Positions 12,121-23,399 of a stretch of 64,000 bases of DNA are shown here, piece by piece. Positions within the stretch are counted from its first letter, which is position 1; each line of letters begins with the position of its first letter. The notes under the pieces are model-generated. The model had not been told where the DNA came from. It did no database searches and saw only the letters and a program-made list of their open reading frames with translations. A program made the translations under genes and the position numbers. The stretch is from Geosiphon pyriformis uo1 (Eukaryota; Fungi; Glomeromycota): NCBI GenBank assembly GCA_016748015.1, contig JAAOMT010000602.1, positions 1,191,696 through 1,255,695 of the forward strand. Direction: 5' to 3'.

Positions 12121-15100
12121 ATGGCAGAATCAGAAAACATAAGAACAAACCATTTAGAATTCACAAAATTCTTGTTCCAACAATACAGCCAACAATTAGG
12201 ACTAAACAATAATCACTTCCCAGTAGAATCCGTCTTTAACTTCTACATTAACAATAAAATTACAGACTGCTTAGGAAGAACAGTTAACATTGAATCTGCA
12301 AGGGAAAATTTCTATACAGAATTATTTTAACATACCAGCTTACCAAGAAACTACAGTTTTGTACCAATTATTAGGCAAATAAATCAAACCATTTAAAGGT
12401 ATACACAACAACAATTCCCAATTATCTATGCAGACAAAAGAAAGGGAAGACTATAAACACCAGCAGTGACACCAAAACAAATACAACTACTTATTTGGAA
12501 GAAAACCAGAGTTAAATCACCAACAAATCTATCATACCATTACACCCCAGGAAGTGCCATCAACATCTCATCAATAGGTGTGTCCACATCACATGCAACA
12601 TTGACATTTGGATGACTACTATTTCAAAGTAAACAAAAGAAAGCAGAATTACTAGGAACTTATGGCAATTATTTTGAAGAATTTAAATTATGATTGCCAA
12701 TGCTATTAGAATTCTGATCACTGTTACCTTAACCAGATTTTGGAAACATGAATCCCTGGAAGATAATGGAATCAGAAGAGAGAGAAGAAGAAAAAGAATC
12801 TAAAGATCAAAAATTTACTTACCAAAACCCAATTACTGAAAATCTGGAAGTTGAAACTCTGAATTTTTAAATGCAGCACAATTAGGACAATTGAAACCCT
12901 AAAACAATTAATCAGCAAAACTTACCTCTAATAATTGTTATTGATCAACCACCAATTGAACCAATTATTGAACTGATTCAACAGCAATCACTTCAACCAC
13001 CTTAACAATCACAACAGCCATTTCAACTGCCACAACAACAAATTGTAGCACCAATAGCATATGCTCCTATCGCTAAACTTAAAAAATTTACCGGCAAAGA
13101 GGACAATGCCCAAGTGTGACTAAATGATATGGAAAAAGCCATTACAGCCAACAGTTGAAATGACATCAGAGCCATGCAGGCCATTGCCTATTTTCTTCAG
13201 AATACTGTCAATTTATGGTATCAAAGCTTGGCTAACAAATTCCAGGATTTTAATGCATTCAAGCTTGCATTCCTACAATACTTCAGCAATAATAATAGTA
13301 TTAATCAGCTAACAAACACTTTCACCACTATTAAACAAGGGAAAAATAAAGCAGTTACTACTTATTTAGAACACTTCTATAGAAATTTGCACCAAATTCA
13401 AGCAATCCAGGCTGACTATTTTACAGCACCACAAATTCTGAACTGATTTATTAGAGGTCTGGACAGTAATATCCTCCAACACATATGTCCAATGCATCCA
13501 ACAGACTTTCAAGCCACAGTTACTAATGCCAGAGATTTTGAGGCAGCTGAACTCGAAGCTAACCATGTCCAAGCTGTAAATTTAGTGATAAATAGATCAT
13601 CTAAATTGGATTTCAAATTGAAACAATTCAGTGATTTTATTAACCAGAAGCTTGAAAAGTACTTAGCTAACAATTGCACAATTTATCAATCTCCACAACA
13701 ATGCTATATTCAAGAAAACGCAAATTATTTCCAGAATCAGTCGTGTTCATCCTCCTTAACCAATCAACAGTAGCAGCAGAAAATGTGTGTTTGTCACTAC
13801 TGTGGTAAACAAGAACATTTAAAGATTGACTGTAGGTCAAGAATAGATAACCAATGATTAGGAAATCAATATCAAAATCCTAATCACCAGTTCCCAATTC
13901 CAAGTTACCAACACAACCCAGCACTATATCAACTGACTTATCTGCCAATAACGTAACAACTAATATATCAACCATCTATATATCAACCTCCAATTTATCA
14001 ATGGCAAACACTAATAATATATCAACCATTGTAGCCACAAATAATTTATCAGACACCTATAGTTCAAATACTGCCATCAAATCCAGCTCAAATAACATCA
14101 GAAAACCCTAGATTAAAAATCACCCAAAACTGAAGATCAGCAATAGTTGTTTACCAACTGATTCCCAGTTTATCCAACCAGCCATCCAGATTATGACAGC
14201 GGAGTTCAGAAACTGGGTATACTCAAAACCCAAGTTCCCAGAACTATTTAAGTCTCCTGGTTACTCCAGAAAATGCCCAAACCAATAATCCAAAAACCAA
14301 TTAACAAGCAATACTTACCAGCAATATTCCACCAGCTACTATTAATGAGAACAAATCACTGGATGCTATTTTTCCATTTGAACTTGAAGAACTTTCAGCC
14401 ACGCCATTATTTAGTAAAGCCACTCTTAAAGAAAAACCTATTACTATTATGTACACTGATGCCAAAGTTAATGGCCACTTAATCAAACTAATCTTAGACA
14501 GTAGATCAGTGGGCAGCATCATTACAAGACAACTCATGGCCCAATTAGATTGCCAAGTTGATCAAACTGCCAGCACATGAATCATCACAGCTGATGGAGC
14601 AACCAAAACTCCAATTGGTGAGATTGATAACTTCCCTATAGAAGTCAATGGCATCATTATGCCAATCAAAGTATTAATTATGGAAGCCATTCAATATCAA
14701 GCACTTATTGGCAATGACTGGCTGTCCAAAACCAACATGACACTTGATTAAAACACGCAAGAGCTCCAACTCAGCCAGAATGGTTAACACACACAGATAC
14801 CAGCCATGTGTGGCCATTTTAAAACCACCAACATGCCAGTACCTCTTATCAAGTTTGAGAAAGAAGAGAAGAAACCTACCTAAGAAGCCTATCAAGTGTT
14901 TTGGGCTGATGAAGACCACAATGAGTTGCTGCCAATACTCTCTTAGAACAACAACAATAAAAAAAAGCAGAAAAAAGAACTTACCTGAAATCCCGATTAA
15001 GCCTGGAAAACTAACAACGACCAGAAAAAACTAATAAATTGGGAGTAGAAAGAAAATAAAAAAGAAAAAGGAAAAAGAAAGAAAGAAGAACCAAAACCTG

Positions 15101-18100
15101 ACAGCACCACCACTTATAATTTCTATACTACACCCCAACAATTCACTTATTGCTGCCCAAAACTGGTATGCGTCGATTGTGGCAAAAAATTGTCATCAAT
15201 GGGCACTTGTTGTGGTGACAATTAGGAATATATTTCGGCAACCAAATTCTATTGCCATCCATATGTTATTGAACATTTTGGAAGACCAAAACAAGTTGAA
15301 AAATGGGACAATGAACCATGCTTAACTTGTAGAGAAACTTTCCTAAATGAAAGAATGTGGAATGACATTCCTGGACAAGGAGGAACATGCGATGAAATAT
15401 GCCAGTATACAATCCTAATCAACAACTGAGTATGCAAGAGCACACCAATCAATGATGCTTGGAAATGAGCATTGTGACAATTGGAAAGATATCTCCACAA
15501 CAAACATGAACTTTGGAGAATAAGGTATGCAAAAGCAGAAGGCATGACAACCAGCAAACTCCTAAAAATCAAAAACAATTCTCTATCTCTTCCTGAACCT
15601 AAATATGTTCAAACCTTTGATGTCTTTGGCAATATTGAAGATAACCCAAAAAAATTTCATGAATATTATCAGCATTTAGCACCCATTAGAGAAGAACAGA
15701 AGTAGTGTTTAGAGCAGTTGAACACTCAATTATATCAATATTGCTTAATCCTATGCAATTTTCAATATTGTAATGAGTGTGATTTTATTTACAATCCACC
15801 ACCACACATGATCTACATGATTCCAGAAGAAGATGAACCAATCAGCAGCTGTGCATCAGAATCAGAATCAACTTTCAATCCCAATTTAAACTCTGACAAT
15901 AACGATGATGAAAACAATGATTCCAGCTCCACTCAGTATGACAATGAAACTAACAATGATTTAAACTTCGATTCAAACCCCAAAACATATATTGCACTTT
16001 CTAACTTCACCAAAAAACAGAAACTTAAATGGTTCAGCAATAATAGTAAAGGTATCATGCCAGAATGCACACATAATACTGATACAGAGTTTGATCTGAG
16101 ATATCCGAGAAAAGATTTCATCAAATTGGAACTACATTTGCACACTTGCATTGATCTGAAAATAGCACTGGAAATTCCAGCAACAATAATGATTCAACTA
16201 GCATCCAAGAGTAGTTTAATAAAAAAGGGGATCAACATTAGAGGAAAAATAATTGATGCAAAATACATAGGAAATATCATTGCTATGCTACAAAATAATT
16301 CAGAAAAAACATATATCATAGATTTAAATGAAAAGATAGCACAGACAATATTCCTACCTCTGGTGAAAATAGCTCAGTTAGTGTCAGTGGGAAACAGAGA
16401 AGAATTAGGGATCACAGCTAGAGGAATACAAGAATTTAAATCAACAGGTAGAATAGATATACCAGTTAATATGACAGAAGAAAAAGTTATTGACAAAAGA
16501 GAAATTATCTCAAACTGTCAATCAATTTCTATTCCATCATATGACCAGTATATGTTACCCATAAAAAAAAAAGTAAAAAATCAAGCTCAGTTGTTTGAAG
16601 CAGAAGCAACCATTTGCGAATCAGGAGAGATTGGACTCATTAATCTCTTCATATCAGCCAAAAGCCCCAAAAACATCAAAATTCTCATATACAACACAAT
16701 GGAAAGTGTCATTGAAATACCAAAGTGAACTATCATTGGATATTTAACTACTGAAGTTGAGGATCAACCACCAAATCACATTCCAGATTTTCCACAGCTT
16801 TGTGGATATGTGGACATTACATCACAAATCATCTATGAACGAAATAAATGTTATTTGCTACAACCAGATTAATTGGAACAGATAAACATGAGAAATTTAG
16901 ACCCACTCTAACAGATGCAACTAAAGATATTACTCAGCAATTTCAATGACATCTTTGCTAATGAAAATGAATTTGGCCGCACCAACATCATCCAGCATCA
17001 AATCAAGACTAAAGATGCAATGCCAATTAAACAAAGAGCATACAGAGTACCACCAGCTAGCCATGAGATCATTTGTCAAGAAATTAACTGAATGCTTGAC
17101 AATGGGCTAATTCAGCCATCAATGAGTCTATGGTCATTACCAGTGGTACTGGTCTGTAAGAAAAATGGGAAAATCCGTTTTTATGTAGACTACTAAAAAC
17201 TGAATAGAGTAACAAAAAGTGATAGCTATCCAACTCCAAAAATCCAAGAACTATTCAATGCTTTTGGAGGAAATAAATAGTTTTCAACACTAGATTTAGA
17301 TAGTGATTACTGGCAAGTAGCCATGAATCCAGCTGACAAAGAAAAAACAGTGTTTACCACAAAAGAAGGAAATTTTGAGTTTGAAGTCATGCCATTTGGC
17401 TTGATAAATGCTCCAGCAACATTTTAATGGCTCATGGAAATTGTCTATACTGGATTATTATGGAAATCAGTAGTCGTATACTTGGATAATACCAATGTGT
17501 TCTCAAAAACATTTGATGATCATCTGCATCATTTTTAATAAGTGTTCAAAAGATTAAGAAGAGCAGAATTAAAACTAAATGCAACTAAATATTTCTTTGG
17601 AAAAACTGAATTCAAGTTTTTGGGACATGTAGTGAGCAAAGATGGAATCAAAACAAATCCAGACAAGATTGAAGTAGTTAAGAACTTTTCAATACCAACC
17701 AACTTGACAGAACTAAGAGCATTTTTAGGTTTTGCAGGCTATTATTGCCATTTTATCAAAGACTTTTCAAAACTGGCTCAGCCACTTCACCATTTACAGA
17801 CCAAAAATGTGAAGTATAAATGAACCAAAGCTCAACAAGAAGCATTTGACACATTAAGAAGAAAGCTTATCCAAGCTCCAGTATTGATGTATTCAGATCA
17901 CAGCAAACCATTTATAATCACTACTGATGCATCAGATTAAGTATTGGGAGCAGTACTATTACAGAAAAAATCAGATAGAAGAGAACATCCAGTAGCTTAT
18001 GCCAGTAAAAGCTTAAGTCCAGCTAAGAAAAACTATGAAACTTCAGCACTAGAACACTTAGCTATCTATTGGGCTGTCATCAAATAGAAGGAATACTTGG

Positions 18101-18282
18101 GTCAAAAGTTTGAAGTATACACTGATCACAAAGGATTGACTTCAATCCAGAAACAAAAATTTGCAGACAATCGCCATGTCAGATAGAAAATAGAACTTTC
18201 ACTATTTAATTATACAATATATTATAAAAAGGGAAAAGACAATAAAAATGCTGACGAACTGTCACAAATAAGACAAATCTAA
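12121..18282 (+). pseudogene. gag-pol single frame: Gag, CCHC, protease, Cys-rich domain, dUTPase, RT, RNase H
   Basis: ORF pieces at 12121, 13174, 13492, 15481, 15718 and 17542 share one frame. CHYCGKQEHLKIDC at about 13790, LILDS at about 14490, [11 protein letters not shown] and YLDN (decayed YLDD, about 17480), RH ITTDAS...NADELS. Confidence 0.92.
16030..16449 (+). pseudogene. dUTPase domain inside pol
   Basis: All five trimeric dUTPase motifs, decayed but in order: TEFDL, SKSSL, KIIDAKYIG, EKIAQ, ARGIQEFKSTG. Confidence 0.9.
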
Positions 18283-18311
18283 AACCATTTCAACCAAAAA
18301 TATAACAAAAG

Positions 18312-19694
18312 ATGAATATACAAAAATACCAACAACTTTAATATTATATAAATACTCAATTGTTTAAGGAGAAATTATCTCTAAAAGAACAAAGGAACAT
18401 AAAACAACAATCAAAAAATTTTATCAACCATCAAAATATACTTTACCGGAAGAACAGAAGAAATTCAGATCAACCAACTAGAGTAATCACAGAACCAGAG
18501 AAAGAGACAATATTATTCAACATGCACTCAGACCCAACAGCAAGACATTTTCATAAAGAAGTGACCATAGAAAAAATCAGAAAGAGATATTATTGGCTAT
18601 CAATATATCCAGATATTATCTAATATATTTAAAATTGTGATGCTTATCAAAGAAGAAGAGGAACAAAACCCAGTGAATCATTAAGACCAATCAAAGTGAA
18701 ACAACTATTCGATTGTATTGGAATTGACTTAGTCAGACCATTAATAATCACCAGCAGAGACAACAGATATATTGTAGTAGCCATGGACTATCTCACTAAA
18801 TGGCCAGAAACAAAAGCCATTCAAAGAGCAGATGCAGAATCCATTGCCAAATTTGTTCATCAAAATCTGATCTGTCAACATGGATGTCCAAAAAAATTAT
18901 TATCAGATCAAAGAACTCACTTTGTGAATAGAACATTAGCAGAATTAAGCCAAAGATTTGGAATAAAAAGACCACTACTATTACCATACCATCCACAAAC
19001 AAATGGGTTAGTTGAAAGATTCAACAGAACACTGTGTAAAGTAATAGCCAAAATTAGCCAAAAAAACCAGGATAAATGGAATTTGTTTATACCATTAGTA
19101 TAATTTGCTTATCGAACAATAAAGCAAGATACCACACAAGCAACACCATTTGAATTGGTATATAGTAGAACAGCAACATTACCAGTTGAGATAGAGGTCA
19201 ATACATATTTAACTAAACCAATAACAGAAGATAATTTCCAAGAAACATTGTTGAGAAGAACATATAACTTAATAGAAACACTAGAAAACAGATGACAAAA
19301 AGCAGCTGATAACATCCAAAAGTCACAAGAAAAGCAAAAAAAATGACACAATAACCAACTACCAAATAAACCAGTTGAATTCAAGATTGGAGACAAAATA
19401 CTATTACATCATACCAAAGTGGAAAAACAATGGAGTGAAAAATTCAACTCTAAATAAGACGGACCATTTCACATAGAAGAAATTCTTGGAAATGGAGCTT
19501 ATAAATTAAGATGGAACAACAAAATCTTAGCCAAAGCAGCACATAAGAATTGACTGAAACCATATTACCAGATAGCATTATCATCCACTAATAACATTTT
19601 ACAACTGGGAGTACAAAGAATACTAGTTCAACCAAATAAGATTCCACAAGATCTGGAACCAATCATAGTTATTGAACCAAGCACGTCAAATTAA
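18312..19694 (+). pseudogene. Integrase ORF of element 2 (separate frame, no recognisable chromodomain)
   Basis: ATG 29 nt after the RH stop. MHSDPTARH, IGIDLV, LLSDQ, YHPQTNGLVERFN, DGPFHI. Confidence 0.9.
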
Positions 19695-19752
19695 ACAACT
19701 AAAAGAGTATATAAAAACACAGTACATGTGACAAAAGCAACCAAGAAAAAAA

Positions 19753-20378
19753 ATGGAAATACCAGATTATATTCACACTATAGCTCAACAATTGTTTTAG
19801 GCCTTAAGTGAACAACAGTTAGACAGAAAAATTGTTATTAACAACCAAATAATTTGCTATTAAAACACCCAAAGAAAGACAAAGAATACACTATACCAGC
19901 AGCCACCAAAGAATGATAAAAACTGAACAGAGAACTTAATAGAAAAAGTGTTGGGAAAATACTTATTATGGCACCAACAGAAGAGCTTACAAAAGAAAAT
20001 TGGAAGCAATGAACAGAACAACTTCTAATATCATATTGTTACTACTGGTTAGGTCAAAAGTTGAATATTTAGGAATTGTATATTAACAAATCTAAGAGAA
20101 TATTCAACCAAAACATAATACAACAAATTGAAGAATTTATTGAAAAGAAAACAAATTTAACACTACATGTTAAAACAATGTACCAACTATACAACATATT
20201 TCAGAACTATCCAAAAATATTGTTACACACTGACATGGAAATTATAACTATTAACCAATAGGGAAAAATAAACAAAACACAAGTAGAAGACATAAGAAAC
20301 AGAGTTGAACAAACAATACTTAAAAAAGAAGTATTAAAATTAATTCAAAACAAAGATTTCGATGGAGCTCAATATTAA
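19753..20378 (+). pseudogene. Extra ORF of element 2 (10-nt deletion relative to 8267-8902)
   Basis: MEIPDYIHTIAQQLF...FDGAQY-stop, abutting the PPT. TATATAAA at about 19708. Confidence 0.7.
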
Positions 20379-20393
20379 AAAAGGAGGAAATAA

Positions 20394-21139
20394 TGCTACT
20401 TATAAAAAAAAAAACAGATATAGAAAAATAGTAGACCAATAGGAGAGTAGTAGTTAGCATGTGAGCACATTGCTTGAGAAATTATAGCACATTGCTCAAA
20501 AATGTAAGCAATCTCATAAAACCCAAATTATGTATATATAGTAGGAGCATTAGAAGTAGAAAAAACAGACCTCTTAGTTTAGATTTGATTTAAGCAACCT
20601 TCCAATTCACAAATATCAATAAATAATTATTCACTATCTCAATCCACTTCTCACTATAAACATTTTATGTTGATAATAATTGATACTTAACCATGCTGAA
20701 ACAATAGCTCTTGATTATGGCTATTGATGGGATACTAACTTGTAATTGCTTTTATTTATTCTTTATTTTTTTTTATTTTTTTTTATTTCTTTTGTTATTT
20801 CTTTGGTTTTACTAAATTGATTAAGGATTAAGTGCTAAGTTACAGACATCATAAGGACTGGTAAAAGACCCATGAAACAAGAGTAGAACACTCATAGATT
20901 TGAGGATAACTTACCAGGAGGATTACCGGCCATCACGCTGAGAAAGAAATTTGATGAAACTGTGGTTTTGAGAAGCTACAGATAAAACCATCAATTAAAT
21001 CTCTGTCCATTATACAAAAAACTCCACAACAAAATCTTCAAATAAACCACACCTTTAGATATCAACACCAGAATACCAACCAAGCACCAAATTATGGATT
21101 TGTTATTTGATTTAAGACCCCAAATAATTATCTGTAACA
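20394..21139 (+). repeat. 3' LTR of element 2
   Basis: TGCTACTT...TGTAACA after the PPT. U3 is of the GCACATTGCT type. Confidence 0.9.
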
Positions 21140-23399
21140 ATGCTACTGTATAAACAACAGATAAACTGGTTTAAAATCTGTGGCACTATAAAGTAATTTG
21201 TATCAATTGCTTGTATTTGGTGCAGATTTCTATAGAAACATTCTAGATACATGATAATGACTTCAGTTTTTTCTTGTTTGATGGTAGTGAAAACAGTTGT
21301 AAGACAATTAATGCTGTTATTATTACTAAAGTATCTCAAAAATTCAGTTTTGAAATTATTAAAATTTTGAGGCTTTTGGATCAAGCTTTAATATTATGAG
21401 TTGATAGTATCCTAAAGAAAATATAAGATGGTTTGGAGAGCTTTAGTATTATCTTAATTATTGGTGGTAATAATTTTTGCAACATTATTTAACCAAATTT
21501 GAGTGTTGTTTTCTTTACCATTGAATTTTTCTAATTTGGTAATTAGTGCATATGCCATTGGTAACAGTTGTTGTGATGGTTGTAGTTGAAGTAATTGTTG
21601 TGACTGTTGTTGTTGTTCAGCAATCAGAACAACTGGTAATAGATTAATTATGATTATTGGAGATAAGTTTTGAAGAACAATAGGAGCTGGATTTGAATTA
21701 TTTGGGTTTTGCTGAGTTAAAACAATCAGAGTTTAAATTCCTGGGTTTTTTAAGATCAGATTTTGATAATTAAATTCTTGATTTTTGTTTTTCTTTTTCT
21801 CAGAGTTGGTTATTTTTTAAAGACTAGTGGTTCTGAAATTGAGTTAAGATGACAATAATCGAAATCTTGATAATGTTAGTAATTACAATTTAAATTTTTT
21901 GAAGTAATTATCATAAGTTCTTAATAAGTCAGCTTTTTTTTGTTGGCTTTGAAATATGATTCTTGCTAATGGTGTTTTTGCAGTTAATATGGATACACCT
22001 GCTAATATTATGTTAATAATATTTTCTTGTATATGATTATATGATGAGTAAATAAATAAAACTATTTTTGATTTTTTCTAAGTAAGTAGTTATATGTTTT
22101 TTGGTATTCCTGCTGGTATTTGTAATTTTTTTTTGTTGTTGTTTGCAAAGATAATAGGAAATTTCTGTTTGGTGTGTTTCTTAATTTTTCTATTAATTTC
22201 TATAATTATTGGAGTGAACAATTAATTTTGTAAAAGCATGATGTTCTGAAGTAATTTACTATAAAAATTGGTGAGTGCTGCTTCTGGATCTTTTTGGTCT
22301 TCTAGATAAAATTTAATCTTTTTATTAATGTAGAAGTTAAAAGTTGATTTTGCTGGCAAATAGTTATTTGTTAATCCTAAGTAAGTTTGATAGTATCAGA
22401 ATAAAGCTTTCACAAATCCCAAGTAGTTTGTCTCTAATTTTTCTGATTTTGCCATTGTTTTAAATAGTTGTTGTTGGTACTGGTTTTTTGCTGAATTATA
22501 TCTCACAAGAAACATCAAATATTACAGGTGATTATTTAGGATGTTAATACAAATAACAAACCTGTAACTTGGTACTTAATAAATAATATGGTTGGTAATA
22601 TCTAAAGATTTTGGTTGAATCTTTTGTATAATAGACAGAGATTTAATATTAATATCCTGTTGTAATGTTTTTAGTTTTTTTCTTGACTTTTAAGTTGGTA
22701 TGTATTATTATCCATAGCTTTTTGGAATATTTTATTTTATCAATTTTTTTTTTAACTTAATGGCCTGTTTTCTGATAAGCTATTTCTTAATTCTAAGTGT
22801 CTGTTTTTATTCCTGGGTTTTTAATCAGTTTTTTCCTTAATGTTAGTATTTTGCACTTTAATCTTTTTAATCAGTTAGTAAATCAATAAAACAAAATAAA
22901 AATAAAAAATAAAAAAAAATAAAAAAATAAAAAAAAAGAAGAAATTAGTATCTTGTCAATAACTATAATCAAGAGCTATTGTTTTAGTATGATTAAGTGT
23001 TAAATCTTATTAACATAAAGTGTTAATAAAACAGAGATAATTAATATTTTTTAATCAAACAATAATAACATAGATTTAAGTAATAATTAATAATTTATTA
23101 ATATGTTATATAGATGTTGAACTGCTTTTAATTGTGTTTTTTTTAACCAGAAATTCTAGCTGTGTGTTTTTTTTTTCTGTTTCTAATACTCTTGCTATAT
23201 ATACATAATTGATGTTTTATAAAATCTTATATATTCATGAGCAATATGCTATAATTTTTTAAGCAATGCTTATATTGCTAAGCAATATGCCATAATTTAC
23301 TAGCAATGTACTTATATACTCAATATTATTCTTTTATTAGTCTATTTTTCTTATTTGTTTTTTCTACTATTTCTCTTATACTTTTTTCTATAAGTAACA
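21140..23399 (-). mobile_element. Element 3: type-B LTR (23399-22520), PBS and 5' gag, interrupted by element 2
   Basis: Reverse complement TGTTACTTATAG...TGTAATA then TTTGATGTTTCTTGTGAG. gag MAKSEKLETNYLGFVK and FLRYFSNNNSIN. Confidence 0.85.

Larger units (their letters stand above)
11113..21139 (+). mobile_element. Near-complete dUTPase-encoding Ty3/Gypsy LTR retrotransposon (element 2)
   Basis: 5' LTR 11113-12058, PBS, gag-PR-dUTPase-RT-RH in one frame, IN, extra ORF, PPT AAAAAAGGAGGAAA, 3' LTR 20394-21139. RT-RH-IN order indicates Gypsy. Confidence 0.95.

Noticed and set aside
19753-20378. Extra ORF as an env gene
   Set aside because: Short, with no visible signal peptide, fusion peptide or transmembrane anchor.
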